Shown here piece by piece: positions 37,503 to 48,733 of a stretch of DNA of 64,000 nucleotides. Numbering within the stretch: position 1 is the first letter of the stretch; each line of letters opens with the position of its first letter. The DNA is taken from contig CALSMN010000003.1 of the NCBI GenBank assembly GCA_943787465.1, positions 65,093-129,092 of the forward strand. The letters are read 5' to 3'. Made by a program: the position numbers and the translations under genes. The notes beneath the pieces were generated by a model that made no database searches, was not told the DNA's origin, and saw nothing but the letters and a program-made list of their open reading frames with translations. The stretch comes from an uncultured Bacteroidia bacterium (GTDB lineage: Bacteria > Bacteroidota > Bacteroidia > NS11-12g > UBA9320).

Positions 37503-37998
37503 TCTTTTGGTTATTTGTATAGTTGGTTGTTCTCCGGAATCTGATAGTTTTACTATAGAACCAAAAATTTATCTTGAATCAGTCACCCAATTCAAAAATG
37601 TTCAAAATAAAGATAGTGTCATTCAATTAAAAATAGGATATTCTGATGCTGATGGAGATATAGGTTTGGATGAATCCGATACTCTTCCGCCATTTCATTT
37701 TTCTGGTCCCTATTATCATAATTTACCAATAACATTTTTGGTTAAAAATTCTAATGGATATTTTGAAGAATTATATGACCCTAATCGCAATACTCCTTAT
37801 GGATTTCAACATGAACGAATTCCTAATTTAACACCTGAAGGAAAGTATAAGTCAATTTCAGGAATTGTGACCGTTAATATCGCAGCTAATCCATTTTTCA
37901 CAAATCCAAAGCATGTAAAATTTGAAATTCAGCTATTGGATAGGTCACTTCATAAAAGCAATACTATTTTCACAGATATTTTACAACTAGAGCATTGA
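37456..37998 (+). CDS. Hypothetical lipoprotein
   Basis: Lipobox LVICIVGCS. The true start is probably the internal Met at ~37480, to avoid overlap with the divergent gene. Confidence 0.45.
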   Translation: MSRILINSMYASKVITLLVICIVGCSPESDSFTIEPKIYLESVTQFKNVQNKDSVIQLKIGYSDADGDIGLDESDTLPPFHFSGPYYHNLPITFLVKNSNGYFEELYDPNRNTPYGFQHERIPNLTPEGKYKSISGIVTVNIAANPFFTNPKHVKFEIQLLDRSLHKSNTIFTDILQLEH

Positions 37999-38067
37999 CC
38001 AAATTTTAGAAAGTATGCCGTTTAAAAAAATGATAAAACCCATTTATGGAAACAAAATTTTATATGT

Positions 38068-38691
38068 TTGCAAACCGTAATTGAATTTGAAAAAATGAGC
38101 AACTTTTTATCATATTATCAAGGATACAGGCTTTTGACGCAAAAAAAAGTTTTAACAATGTTCATGATCACTTTTTTTTCTTACAATGCCAGTGCTCAAA
38201 AATTTGCTTATGTAGACACAGAGTACATTTTAACACAAATTCCGGCATATAAATCTGCTCAACTGCAACTTAACGAACTAAGTTTAGAGTGGCAGACGGA
38301 AATAGATCAAAAATTTGCAGTAATTGATCAACTTAGAAAACAATATGAAGTAGAAAAAGTACTCTTGACAAAAGATATGCAATCTTCAAGAGAAAAAGAG
38401 ATTTTGGATAAAAGTCAAGCAGCTCAAAAATTACAACAAGATAAGTTTGGATTTGAGGGAGAACTTTTTACAAAAAAAACAGAGTTAATCAGACCAATTC
38501 AAGATAAATTATATGATGCAATCAATAAAGTTGCAAAAAATAATGGACTTGACTTTATATTTGACAAAAGTGGTGATATGCTCATGCTCGTTTCCAATTC
38601 CAAATACGACAGAAGTGATGAGGTTTTAGAAGAACTAGGCGTAGTTTCCACAGACGATACTAAGTCTCTCAATCTCCCACCTAGAAATTAA
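38068..38691 (+). CDS. skp: OmpH/Skp family periplasmic chaperone
   Basis: FAYVD ... ILTQIPAYK and long coiled-coil arms. First of two tandem copies. Confidence 0.8.
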   Translation: MQTVIEFEKMSNFLSYYQGYRLLTQKKVLTMFMITFFSYNASAQKFAYVDTEYILTQIPAYKSAQLQLNELSLEWQTEIDQKFAVIDQLRKQYEVEKVLLTKDMQSSREKEILDKSQAAQKLQQDKFGFEGELFTKKTELIRPIQDKLYDAINKVAKNNGLDFIFDKSGDMLMLVSNSKYDRSDEVLEELGVVSTDDTKSLNLPPRN

Positions 38692-38715
38692 ACTAACAAT
38701 AAATAAACCCAAATA

Positions 38716-39225
38716 ATGAAGAAAGTATTTTCAATTTTAATGATTTTATGTGCTACTAGTTTCGCACAGGCCCAAACTAAAATAGCTCATATCAATAGCA
38801 CACAACTCATCGAGTCCATGCCAGAAGCCGATACGATATCAATGAAGCTCGACAAGTTGAGACAAACATGGGAAAATTTACTAGTTGAAAAGCAAAAAGA
38901 GACCCAAACAAAATATCAAGCACTGATGGAAATCATTGATGATGAGTCAGTTTCTACAAGTGTTAAAGAGGTTAAAACGCAGGAAATAGAAAATCTGCAA
39001 AAGCAATATCAAGAAATGCAGCAAACAGGTAGCGATGCACTTCAAAAAGAGCAAGAATTGTTACTAACACCACTATATGCAAAAGTGAAAGAAACTATTG
39101 CGACTGTTGCAAAAGCAAATGGTTATTCCTATGTAATGGATAGCTCCGAAGGAAGTGGAATAATCTACAGTGATACAAAATTTGATCTGATGCCTTTGGT
39201 AAAGGCTAAATTAGGAATAAAGTAA
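38716..39225 (+). CDS. skp: OmpH/Skp family periplasmic chaperone (second copy)
   Basis: Signal peptide ending FAQAQ, IAHINSTQLIESMPE and a coiled-coil body. Confidence 0.8.
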   Translation: MKKVFSILMILCATSFAQAQTKIAHINSTQLIESMPEADTISMKLDKLRQTWENLLVEKQKETQTKYQALMEIIDDESVSTSVKEVKTQEIENLQKQYQEMQQTGSDALQKEQELLLTPLYAKVKETIATVAKANGYSYVMDSSEGSGIIYSDTKFDLMPLVKAKLGIK

Positions 39226-39228
39226 AAT

Positions 39229-40026
39229 ATGACGAGTCAATCGACTCAGCCCATTGGAGTTTTTGATTCAGGTTTAGGAGGACTTTGTATACTAAGTGCT
39301 CTCAAAAACAAAATGCCTGAGGAACAGTTTATCTACGTTGGAGATACTGCACACCTTCCATATGGTGACAAAAGTGAGGGTACACTTAAAGAATATGTAG
39401 GCGCTATTTTTCAGTTCTTAAAACATAAAAATTGCAAGTTCGTAGTTGTAGCTTGCAATAGTGCAGCAACAGTTATTCATAAAATGGATAATCTTCCATT
39501 TGCAAAGGATCAAATTATTGAGGTAATCACCCCCATCGTTAATCTAATTGGATCACAAAAAAAATACAAAAACATAGGCATCATAGGAACGCGAAAAACA
39601 ATTAGTTCGGGGATGTTTAATGAGGCTCTGTTAAAAAAAAATCCCGCTTTAAATATTACGGCAAAAGCGACACCTTTATTGGCCCCAATGATTGAAGATG
39701 GGTTTATTCAAGAACACGTGTTGAAGCCCATTTTTGATCGCTATTTCAAAGGGTTCGAATCGTGTGAATTAATCATTCCTGCCTGTACGCATTATCCTAT
39801 ATTATATAGTCAAATAGAAAACTATTTTAATCATGGGTTGAAGGTTTTGCATACCCCTAAAATAATTGCAGAAACACTTGACTATACTCTCAGAAAGCAA
39901 ACCATATTCAATGAAAAAAGGAATGCAGAGGATGAATATTACCTATCGGATATTACACCAGAATTTCTTAGAGAGTCAAAACTTTTCCTTGGGGAAGAGG
40001 TAGATTTTTCCCACGTTTCATTATGA
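39229..40026 (+). CDS. murI: Glutamate racemase
   Basis: IGVFDSGLGGL ... VACNSA ... PACTHYP catalytic Cys motifs. Confidence 0.9.
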   Translation: MTSQSTQPIGVFDSGLGGLCILSALKNKMPEEQFIYVGDTAHLPYGDKSEGTLKEYVGAIFQFLKHKNCKFVVVACNSAATVIHKMDNLPFAKDQIIEVITPIVNLIGSQKKYKNIGIIGTRKTISSGMFNEALLKKNPALNITAKATPLLAPMIEDGFIQEHVLKPIFDRYFKGFESCELIIPACTHYPILYSQIENYFNHGLKVLHTPKIIAETLDYTLRKQTIFNEKRNAEDEYYLSDITPEFLRESKLFLGEEVDFSHVSL

Positions 40027-40967
40027 TCGATAAATCCAACCACCATGTGCTTATTATTGATGATGTTCATCCTGATTTTCTAAAACTATTGCGGAATTTT
40101 GAGGTAGTTTACAAACCAGAAATAACCTTGGAAGATCTTCCTGAGGCTCTTCGTGATGCTACCATTCTTGTAATTCGAAGTAAACTAAATTTTGATAAAA
40201 ATTGGATCGATAAATCTCCACGTTTGAAACTAATAGGTCGTTTAGGGTCTGGCATGGACAATATAGATATAGATTATGCGCAAACAAAATCCATTGATTG
40301 CATCAATGCACCAGAGGGGAATAGAAATGCAGTAGCAGAACAAACTATAGGAATGATGTTAAGTTTACTCTCAAACATTGTGAAATCTAATATAGAGATA
40401 TCCCGAAAATTATGGCTACGTAAGGAAAATGAAGGTGTAGAATTAAAAAATCTTACTGTGGGAATTATTGGTTATGGTAATGTTGGTAAGGTCTTAGCTC
40501 AGCGATTAAAAAGCTTTAATTGTGAAATTCTGGCTTATGATAAATATATCAAAGATTTTGGTGATGAACTAGTGGAGGAATCTACGCTTGAAGAAGTGCA
40601 AAATAGGGCGGACATAATTTCATTACATGTGCCACTCAATCCTTATTCGCAGGAGATGATCAATAATTCGTTTATAGAAAAAATGTCCAAACCCTTTTAT
40701 CTGCTCAACCTATCAAGAGGTAAAGTAGTATCAGTCCCCGCAGTCATGGATGGATTGAGCCAAGGGAAAATATTAGGATTAGCTTTAGATGTACTCCCCA
40801 ATGAATCATTGGGAACGTATTCTTTTAAAGAAAAAGAAGAATTAGAGTTTTTGATTGGTCATAATCGAGTCATACTTACCCCACATACAGGAGGACTCAC
40901 CCAGGATTCGTATCAAATGTTAGCACATGTACTTGCTGAGAAGTTAATTTTATGGACCAGAAAGTAA
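40023..40967 (+). CDS. D-isomer-specific 2-hydroxyacid dehydrogenase family protein (SerA/PdxB-like)
   Basis: NAD-binding GIIGYGNVGKVLAQRL, the catalytic-domain RG..V pattern, and H near the C-terminus. Confidence 0.8.
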   Translation: MIDKSNHHVLIIDDVHPDFLKLLRNFEVVYKPEITLEDLPEALRDATILVIRSKLNFDKNWIDKSPRLKLIGRLGSGMDNIDIDYAQTKSIDCINAPEGNRNAVAEQTIGMMLSLLSNIVKSNIEISRKLWLRKENEGVELKNLTVGIIGYGNVGKVLAQRLKSFNCEILAYDKYIKDFGDELVEESTLEEVQNRADIISLHVPLNPYSQEMINNSFIEKMSKPFYLLNLSRGKVVSVPAVMDGLSQGKILGLALDVLPNESLGTYSFKEKEELEFLIGHNRVILTPHTGGLTQDSYQMLAHVLAEKLILWTRK

Positions 40968-41028
40968 AGGAAAGTTAGTTTTTTTTACTTAAAATTTTAT
41001 TTGAATAATAACTTTTTTATGGCGAGAT

Positions 41029-44000
41029 TTGAACACTTTAAATGCTTTTAAAAAGTTACACTATATGAAGAAAATACTTGTACTCTTAATATCTTGTTTT
41101 TCCCTTTCCTCTGTTTTGGCTCAATCCAACTTCGGAAAGCTTCAAGGTAAAGTAAATGATGCAAAAACCAAAAAAGCAATTGCTTATGCAACTATTATAC
41201 TTGAAAAAGATGGAATTAGAAAAGGAGGAGCATATACCGACGAGGACGGGAAATATGTTATTAATGCATTGGATCCAGGAAACTATAGTGTTACTGTAAA
41301 ATATCTTGATTACAAGGATAAAAAAATTACCGATGTTGATGTATTTGCTAACGGTACAAAATATTTAAATATTGAGATGTCGCAACTTTCGGCAGAAGAC
41401 GGTGGAGGTGAGGAGTTGGGTCCTGTTGTTATTAGAGCGGGTAAGCCCATGATTGAAAAGGATAATAACTCCAAAACCATTGGTTCAAAAGATATTGCTA
41501 AACTCCCTACTCGAAATTTAAATGCAATTGCGGGAATAACCTCTGGAGCAAACCAAACAAGTGGTGGCGGTATTTCTTTTTTAGGAAGTAGAACGGATGC
41601 TACTGCATATTTCGTCGATGGTGTAAGGGTTCTTGGAAGTAGTAGTGTTCCACAATCTGCTCAAGGTCAAATAGAAATTATACAATCGGGTGTTCCTGCT
41701 CAATATGGGGATTTTACTGGAGGTGCCATTGTGATTACCACCAAAGGTCCTTCTCGATTTGTCAATAGAAGTTTTGAGATGATTACGTCAACACTCCTTG
41801 ACCCATACAGCTTCAACCAAGCAGAATTTTCTGCAGTTGGACCCTTGTGGATTAAGAATAAAGGTGGAGGTAAGAAAGAATATGTTGCATTAGGATACCA
41901 AATGGCTGCTAACTTCAATTATACACTAGATCCAAGTCCAGGTTATGGAGGGTTTTATAGTGTTAAAGACGACGTATTGGCCCAAATAGAAGCTAATCCG
42001 ATCATTGAAAATCCCAATGGGCCACTTAATGTTTATCGTTCATTATTGCTTACAAAAGATGATTTGGAAATCAATGATGCTAGAAAAAATGTAGCGAGTT
42101 ATGGCGGGAATTTTCAGGGTAAATTAGAATTCCAACCCAACAAAAATTCAACCCTAACCTTGTTTGGCTCGTTTAATCAAGGTCAAGGAAACAACTTTAG
42201 TTATGATCAAAGTCTGATGAACTATAACCGATATAGTAACACTACCAATCAAACACTCCGTACCTATGTAAAATTCACTCAACGATTAGGGTCTACAAGC
42301 GAAGAAGATAAAGAAAAAAAGAAGTCCTTGTTTTCAGACGCATTTTATAATATTCGTGTAGATTATCAGAGTAGATGGCAAGAAAATCAAAATTTAGATC
42401 ACGGTCAGAATTTCTTCGACTACGGTTACATAGGAAAATTCACAGAATATAGAAAACCGTTTTATCAATTTAAATCAACACCCACACTTCATATCGATCA
42501 AAATGGAGATACCGTTGTAAGACAAAACTATTTTGATTTAGCGGGTACTTTTAATACAAAAATAACATTTGATCCAAGCGATAAAAACCCAATCCGAGCC
42601 AATTATACGAGCCAGCTTTTCAGAGAAGTTGAAGCTTCTGGTTTTAATTTTAATTCAACCAATCAAATTCAACAAGGGCTAGGTTTACTGAACGGTTTTG
42701 CGCCAGGATACTCCTATTCATTGTGGGCTAATCCTGGACTTGGTAATAATGGGTACTCTAAATCTCAATTTGAACGAATAGCAGCCTATGCACAAGGGGA
42801 AGCTATTTTAAACTTGGAAAATACCCACGATTTACAATTTGGAATTTACTATGAACAAACATTATTTAGTAGTTGGTCTCTCGCTGCAGGAAACCTTTGG
42901 ACATTGATGCCGCTTTTAGCGAATAGTCATATTTCAAATTTAGATCAAGTCACCGAAAATGGGTATATTATTGGAGGTAATCATTCTTATGATGATAATG
43001 GTCTGTTTACAGACACGGTAGATTACAACATTCGAATTGATAAAGATCAACAGAAAACATTTGATAAAAATTTGAGAGCTAAGTTAATTGCCGATGGAGC
43101 TGTGGATGTTTATGGTAATCCATACACGGAATCATCTTACATTGATATTAATAGTTTAAGTCCAAGCACTTTTAATTTAAACATGTTTAGTGCTGGAGAC
43201 CTTTGGAACAATGGAAATTCATTTGTAGGATATTTTGGTTATGACTATTTAGGAAATCGTACGCGAAAGGCATTTTCATTTACAGACTTTACGAATGATG
43301 ATGCTACAAAAGGAATAGGTTCATTTTCTCCCATATCAAATGCCATCTGGTTGCAGGATAAATTCCAATTTAAAGACCTTGTACTCCGATTGGGTGTTCG
43401 TGTAGAACGATACGATGGTAATCAGTTGGGATTGAAAGATCAATACTCGCTTTTTCCAACATACAGTGCTGGCGAAATTCAGAACATAGAATCCGGTGAA
43501 CGAGGGAGCAACCTCCTAGCCAATTATCAAATTCCAGGTAATATTGGAGAGGATTATGTTGTATATGTGAATGACATTGAGAGTCCAGGAGAAATTGTTG
43601 GATATAGAAATGGGAACAAATGGTTTGATAGTAACGGAGGAGAATTATCCAGTCCAGATCAATTAGCTCAATCTACAAAGAGTGGTAGAATTCAACCATT
43701 CCTTCAATCTACAGATGAAGAGTTAGTGCCAGAGGCTTTTCAAGATTACACTCCAACCATTAATGTACTGCCACGTGTGATGTTCTCATTCCCAATTAAT
43801 TCAGAAGCGCTCTTTTTTGCCAGCTATGACAAGCTTGCTCAACGTCCACAGGATGGAGCCATTTTTGCTCCTATTAATAGATACGACTACTTGGAAGAAA
43901 ATCAAGGAGGTACGCTACCTAATGCAAATTTACAGCCTCGTGTAACTACTAGCTATGAATTAGGATTTAAACAAACGCTGACCCAAAACTCTGCATTAAG

Positions 44001-44835
44001 TTTAATAGCAGCTTATCGATCAACACAAGGTGACTTTGCTTTAGTTCAAATAACGCAGGCTTATCCCATAACCTATAATAGTTATCAGAATTTAGATTTT
44101 GAAACCATCAAAAACTTCAGAGCAGAATACGAGTTAAGGGGTGAAGGAAGAACATCTTTAGGTGTGAATTACTCACTTTTATTCGCAGATGGAACAGGGT
44201 CTAATATTAACTCAGCAGCTGCTTTAATTCAAGCAGGTCAACCTAACTTAAGATCATTATATCCAACCTCACGTGATATCAGACATCAAATTTCAGCGGT
44301 ATTGGATTACAGATTCAAAAGTGGCAATGATTATACGGGTCCAATTTGGTTTGATAAACGAGTATTTGAAAATTTTGGGGGAAACTTTATATTTTCTACT
44401 AAATCTGGAGAGCCATATTCAGCATATATCAATCCAATAGCAAGTGCGGCATCTGGATCTGCACAAAGACAGTCCCTTGATGGTAATCCATTTGGATCTC
44501 GTTTGCCATGGCAATTTAAGGTAGACGCTAACTTCTCCAAGAGTTTTAATGTGAAAAAGAAAAATCCTAAAGATTCTTATCGAAGACAAGCAACCGAAAT
44601 TCAAGCATTTTTATGGGTACAAAATTTGTTTAATACAAAAAATATTCAAAGAGTTTATGGGTTTTCTGGTTTGCCAACAAGTGATGGCTGGTTAAGTTCT
44701 CCTCAGGGAATACAAGAGGCTAGTAATGCAGTAAATACCCAATCTTATGTTGCATTGTATAATGCAAAAGTAGAAAGTCCTTATTTTTATGAAACACCAA
44801 GAACAATTAGATTAGGTCTTAGAATGTATTTCTAA
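41029..44835 (+). CDS. Large outer-membrane beta-barrel protein with an N-terminal carboxypeptidase-regulatory-like domain and a TonB-dependent-receptor plug-like region
   Basis: Signal peptide (the likely true start is MKKILVLL at ~41065). CarboxypepD_reg-like GKVNDAKTKKAIAYATIIL ... GNYSVTVK. Plug-like segment ending YFVDGVRV. Long amphipathic barrel with C-terminal RLGLRMYF. Confidence 0.55.
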   Translation: MNTLNAFKKLHYMKKILVLLISCFSLSSVLAQSNFGKLQGKVNDAKTKKAIAYATIILEKDGIRKGGAYTDEDGKYVINALDPGNYSVTVKYLDYKDKKITDVDVFANGTKYLNIEMSQLSAEDGGGEELGPVVIRAGKPMIEKDNNSKTIGSKDIAKLPTRNLNAIAGITSGANQTSGGGISFLGSRTDATAYFVDGVRVLGSSSVPQSAQGQIEIIQSGVPAQYGDFTGGAIVITTKGPSRFVNRSFEMITSTLLDPYSFNQAEFSAVGPLWIKNKGGGKKEYVALGYQMAANFNYTLDPSPGYGGFYSVKDDVLAQIEANPIIENPNGPLNVYRSLLLTKDDLEINDARKNVASYGGNFQGKLEFQPNKNSTLTLFGSFNQGQGNNFSYDQSLMNYNRYSNTTNQTLRTYVKFTQRLGSTSEEDKEKKKSLFSDAFYNIRVDYQSRWQENQNLDHGQNFFDYGYIGKFTEYRKPFYQFKSTPTLHIDQNGDTVVRQNYFDLAGTFNTKITFDPSDKNPIRANYTSQLFREVEASGFNFNSTNQIQQGLGLLNGFAPGYSYSLWANPGLGNNGYSKSQFERIAAYAQGEAILNLENTHDLQFGIYYEQTLFSSWSLAAGNLWTLMPLLANSHISNLDQVTENGYIIGGNHSYDDNGLFTDTVDYNIRIDKDQQKTFDKNLRAKLIADGAVDVYGNPYTESSYIDINSLSPSTFNLNMFSAGDLWNNGNSFVGYFGYDYLGNRTRKAFSFTDFTNDDATKGIGSFSPISNAIWLQDKFQFKDLVLRLGVRVERYDGNQLGLKDQYSLFPTYSAGEIQNIESGERGSNLLANYQIPGNIGEDYVVYVNDIESPGEIVGYRNGNKWFDSNGGELSSPDQLAQSTKSGRIQPFLQSTDEELVPEAFQDYTPTINVLPRVMFSFPINSEALFFASYDKLAQRPQDGAIFAPINRYDYLEENQGGTLPNANLQPRVTTSYELGFKQTLTQNSALSLIAAYRSTQGDFALVQITQAYPITYNSYQNLDFETIKNFRAEYELRGEGRTSLGVNYSLLFADGTGSNINSAAALIQAGQPNLRSLYPTSRDIRHQISAVLDYRFKSGNDYTGPIWFDKRVFENFGGNFIFSTKSGEPYSAYINPIASAASGSAQRQSLDGNPFGSRLPWQFKVDANFSKSFNVKKKNPKDSYRRQATEIQAFLWVQNLFNTKNIQRVYGFSGLPTSDGWLSSPQGIQEASNAVNTQSYVALYNAKVESPYFYETPRTIRLGLRMYF

Positions 44836-44861
44836 GTACTAAAACATTAAGAATAGAAGCA

Positions 44862-47800
44862 ATGCATAAATCAATGAGAAAATATATACTAGTTTTAACC
44901 ATACTTTGTACGGTAAATGGATTTGCAAAAGAGAATATTGATGTTGAAGAACCCAAAACAAGAAGATCTGTTGGTTCTCACATGGAAATGAAGTTTGGAT
45001 CAGATTGTGATCCTGCAACGCAGAGTGCAGACCTAGATATTAATAATGTTCGGACTAAGATTCTGAATGGTGGTGATATGTGGTGGGATTTGAATGCTGC
45101 TCGTTATGAAATTCCAAAATTAGTTGATGTGAATGCCGTAAGAAAGAATAGTCTTTTTGCAGGAGCTATTTGGATCGGGGGTTTAGATCAAGCAGAAAAT
45201 CTTCGGTTAGCTGCTATGACATACCGTCAAAGGGGATCTGATTTTTGGCCTGGACCTTTAGACCAGGCTACCAGTAACACTTCAAAAGCTCAATGTGATG
45301 AATGGGATAAGATATTTAAGGTAGATGGCAAGAATATTATAGATCATGCCAATAATTTCACTGGGGTTGTTAATGAACAAATTGAAAATTGGCCCGGGGA
45401 ATATGCGCCATATTTTGATGGTGACGGTGACGGTACCTATAATCCTCAAAATGGATTAGACTATCCGGTACTTCAAAATTTTTGTAGAGGTCAAAAATTA
45501 GAAAATAAAGCGGAAGATCAACCCGATCAAATGCTCTGGTGGATATATAATGACAAAGGGAATATTCACACAGAAACTCAGGGAGATCCCATTGGTGTTG
45601 AAATGCAAACAACAGCTTTTGCTTTTGCTACCAATGACGAAATTAATGATATGACTTTTTATACGACGTTGATTACAAACCGGGGTGCTACTGAATTAAA
45701 CAATACCTATTTTGGACAATGGGTAGATGCCGATCTTGGCAATTATGCAGATGATTATGTGGGATGTGACGTTGGATTATCTTTAGGATTTTGTTACAAT
45801 GGTGACGATAACGATGAGGGTGTTTTAGGCTACGGTTTAAATCCGCCATCAGTTGGGGTAGATTTCTTTGAAGGACCTAAGGTGAAACAAATTGGACCGG
45901 GAGGTGTGGAAGAAGAAGTAGAATTGGGGATGTCTAAATTTGTTTACTACAATAATAATAGTGATCAAACGAATGGAAACCCATTCATTGCCACAGATTT
46001 TTATAATTATCTACGCGGTAAGTGGAGAACAGGAACGGATATTGAATTTGGGGGTAATGGTATTGTTGGAACTGACGGTACAAAAGCTGATTGGATGTTC
46101 CCATTTGATACAGACACATCACATCCTGGTCAAAACTGGAATGAAAATGAGGCGGGTAATACCCCAGCAGATAGACGTTTTATTCAATCATCTGGTCCGT
46201 TTGTTTTAGAACCTGGAGCTGTTCAGAAATTGACCGTAGGCGTGGTATGGGCTAGAGCCCCATTTGGTGGAGCAACAGGTTCATTAGAGCTTTTGAAAAT
46301 TGCGAGTAGTAGGGCACAAGAGTTATTTAATTCTTGCTTTGATTTAGTAGATGGTCCAGATGCACCCGAGGTGGAAGTTCATGAACAAGATCAACAAATT
46401 GTTTTATCATTAGGTATGACTAACTCAGATCGTGTTGAGCGTTACAGGGATACTTTATTAGATGGAGCAAACAGAGAAGAATATTTTGGTTTTCAGGGAT
46501 ATCGAGTATTCCAATTGAAAGATGGCGGGGTAAGTTTGTCAGAATTAGATGACCTCAGTAAAGCACGAGAAATTTTTCAATGTGATTTAGAAGACGAATT
46601 TGATGTTTTAATTAATCAAGAATTCCAATTTGATGTAGGTGCCCCTATTCCTGTTCTAAAAGTTCGTGGAGAAAATCAAGGACTTTCACATACATTTAGA
46701 ATTACTGAAGACGAATTTGCTACGGGATCTAATAAGTCCTTAGTCAATTTCCAAACCTATCATTATATCGTACTTTCATATGCAGCTGCTGAGAGCAATA
46801 CACGTCCTTATTTGGAAGGGAGGAAAGTGAAGAAATTTAGTGCATCACCTCATAAATTAGAGCCTAAATTCGGAGGATCTAGTGTGCCTTCATTTTATGG
46901 AGACGGTCCTGAATTACAGCGTATTTCGGGCAAAGGTAATGGCATGAACGAATTAGAGCTAAAAGCAGAAACGATTGATGAAATCTTATCCAATAATTTT
47001 GTTGCTAACCCTATTTATGAAAATGGCTTAGGGCCAATTAACATTAAAGTGATAGATCCACTTAAAATACCCCTGGGTGAGTTTGAATTAAAGTTAGTAC
47101 CCAAAGGAGTTACGCAAAATACAGGTAATGATGCAGACAGTTTATGGGCCGATAGCACGGCATGGATTCTAACGAATATTACAACTGGAGAATCTGTAAC
47201 ATCAGATACTTCATTGGCTTATAAAAATGAGCAAATCATTTTGGCATCTACTACTGGTAAAGATGTATTAGATTGGGGGATGGCTGTGACTATCAATCAA
47301 GTTGCTGCTCCTGGAGTAGATCCAGTTAGGAATTTATCCAATGGATTTATCAATTGGTCTGTAACTTTTCAAGATCCAAGTAACGAATGGCTATCTGCAG
47401 TAAGTGATAATGATGCAGGAAATGCGAATCAATATGGAGCATACGATTGGATTCGTTCAGGTATAAATGGAAAATTACAAGGATTTAATGACCCATCTTT
47501 CCATGATTACGCATCCAATGGCGGTGCTCTTGACCCAGACAGTAAGTACGAGTCTATATGGGATGGAAGAATTGCACCTAATCGTTTAGTTTCCAATACT
47601 TCGGAGGCTGTTTCTCCAGGTAGACCCCAAACCTTAGTTCAACCTATGACTTTTGGATATCAAGCAATGCAGGGAATAGGTCTAGATAAATTATCTAGTG
47701 TTGATATTGTTCTCACCCCAGACGAATCAAAATGGAGTGAATGTGTAATGCTTGAAATGGGCGAAGACCCAGGGCTGAACCAAGATCAAGTTGAAAAATT

Positions 47801-48710
47801 TGCAATGCGAACAGGAACACTTACCTATAAAGGAACAAACTTGAAGCCAGGTAAAACGATTTTCCCCGGATATGCAATTAACGTCAACACCGGAGAACGA
47901 TTAAATATCATTGTTGGTGAAGACTCATATCAAAGAAGTGAAAATGGGCGTGATATGAAATGGAATCCAACGGATAGAAATGGAGTTTTCAATGGTTCAT
48001 ATGCATCATTTGGAGGTAGACATTTCATCTATGTCATGGGATCACATAAAGGAATAGCAGCATCAATTCATCCTAAATTGCCAATTTACGATCGTGGTGA
48101 AGAATACTATAATCTGCTTACAGCTATGACCCCAGGAAACAGGATGTCTACATTGACCAAAATTTTCCAAAACTGTGATTGGGTTATCCCAGCCATCATG
48201 GCACCGGGAAAATCATTGATTGAAAATGAAGATGGAATTCCTACACCACCCAATGAAGTTAAAATTAGACTTCGAGTAGGTATGCCTTATGGAACAACAC
48301 CCGAAACATCAGATATTAATGAAGGTAGACCCACATATAAATTTAGTACTGAAGATATTTATAATGACATTAATAATGAGAACGGTAAGAAAGCATTAGA
48401 AATGGCCAATATTGTCCCTAACCCCTATTATGCTTTTTCTGGGTACGAAGGAAGTGCCATTGATAATCGAGTTAAATTCACCAACCTACCTGTTAATTGT
48501 GAGATTTCAATTTATACGTTAGATGGGGCCTTGGTTCGACGAATCAAAAAAGATGATACATCTACTGAATTAGATTGGAACTTAAAAAACAATGCAAACG
48601 TTCCCATTGCTAGTGGTTTGTATATCATCCATATTGATGCAGGAGAACTGGGTGAGAAAGTATTAAAATGGATGGGTGTTATGAGGGAATTAGATTTAGA
48701 TTCTTTTTAG
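44862..48710 (+). CDS. porU: Putative T9SS C-terminal signal peptidase (sortase) PorU. A 1282-aa secreted protein that itself carries a type-A T9SS CTD.
   Basis: Signal peptide. The C-terminal approximately 90 aa (VPNPY ... ISIYTLDGALVRR ... LDWNLKNNANVPIASGLYIIHI ... K) match the type-A Por sorting domain. Size and position directly upstream of a PorV-like gene match the conserved porU-porV pair. The C25-type catalytic residues were not verified. Confidence 0.5.
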   Translation: MHKSMRKYILVLTILCTVNGFAKENIDVEEPKTRRSVGSHMEMKFGSDCDPATQSADLDINNVRTKILNGGDMWWDLNAARYEIPKLVDVNAVRKNSLFAGAIWIGGLDQAENLRLAAMTYRQRGSDFWPGPLDQATSNTSKAQCDEWDKIFKVDGKNIIDHANNFTGVVNEQIENWPGEYAPYFDGDGDGTYNPQNGLDYPVLQNFCRGQKLENKAEDQPDQMLWWIYNDKGNIHTETQGDPIGVEMQTTAFAFATNDEINDMTFYTTLITNRGATELNNTYFGQWVDADLGNYADDYVGCDVGLSLGFCYNGDDNDEGVLGYGLNPPSVGVDFFEGPKVKQIGPGGVEEEVELGMSKFVYYNNNSDQTNGNPFIATDFYNYLRGKWRTGTDIEFGGNGIVGTDGTKADWMFPFDTDTSHPGQNWNENEAGNTPADRRFIQSSGPFVLEPGAVQKLTVGVVWARAPFGGATGSLELLKIASSRAQELFNSCFDLVDGPDAPEVEVHEQDQQIVLSLGMTNSDRVERYRDTLLDGANREEYFGFQGYRVFQLKDGGVSLSELDDLSKAREIFQCDLEDEFDVLINQEFQFDVGAPIPVLKVRGENQGLSHTFRITEDEFATGSNKSLVNFQTYHYIVLSYAAAESNTRPYLEGRKVKKFSASPHKLEPKFGGSSVPSFYGDGPELQRISGKGNGMNELELKAETIDEILSNNFVANPIYENGLGPINIKVIDPLKIPLGEFELKLVPKGVTQNTGNDADSLWADSTAWILTNITTGESVTSDTSLAYKNEQIILASTTGKDVLDWGMAVTINQVAAPGVDPVRNLSNGFINWSVTFQDPSNEWLSAVSDNDAGNANQYGAYDWIRSGINGKLQGFNDPSFHDYASNGGALDPDSKYESIWDGRIAPNRLVSNTSEAVSPGRPQTLVQPMTFGYQAMQGIGLDKLSSVDIVLTPDESKWSECVMLEMGEDPGLNQDQVEKFAMRTGTLTYKGTNLKPGKTIFPGYAINVNTGERLNIIVGEDSYQRSENGRDMKWNPTDRNGVFNGSYASFGGRHFIYVMGSHKGIAASIHPKLPIYDRGEEYYNLLTAMTPGNRMSTLTKIFQNCDWVIPAIMAPGKSLIENEDGIPTPPNEVKIRLRVGMPYGTTPETSDINEGRPTYKFSTEDIYNDINNENGKKALEMANIVPNPYYAFSGYEGSAIDNRVKFTNLPVNCEISIYTLDGALVRRIKKDDTSTELDWNLKNNANVPIASGLYIIHIDAGELGEKVLKWMGVMRELDLDSF

Positions 48711-48733
48711 TATTACGGTTAGATTAAAAATTA

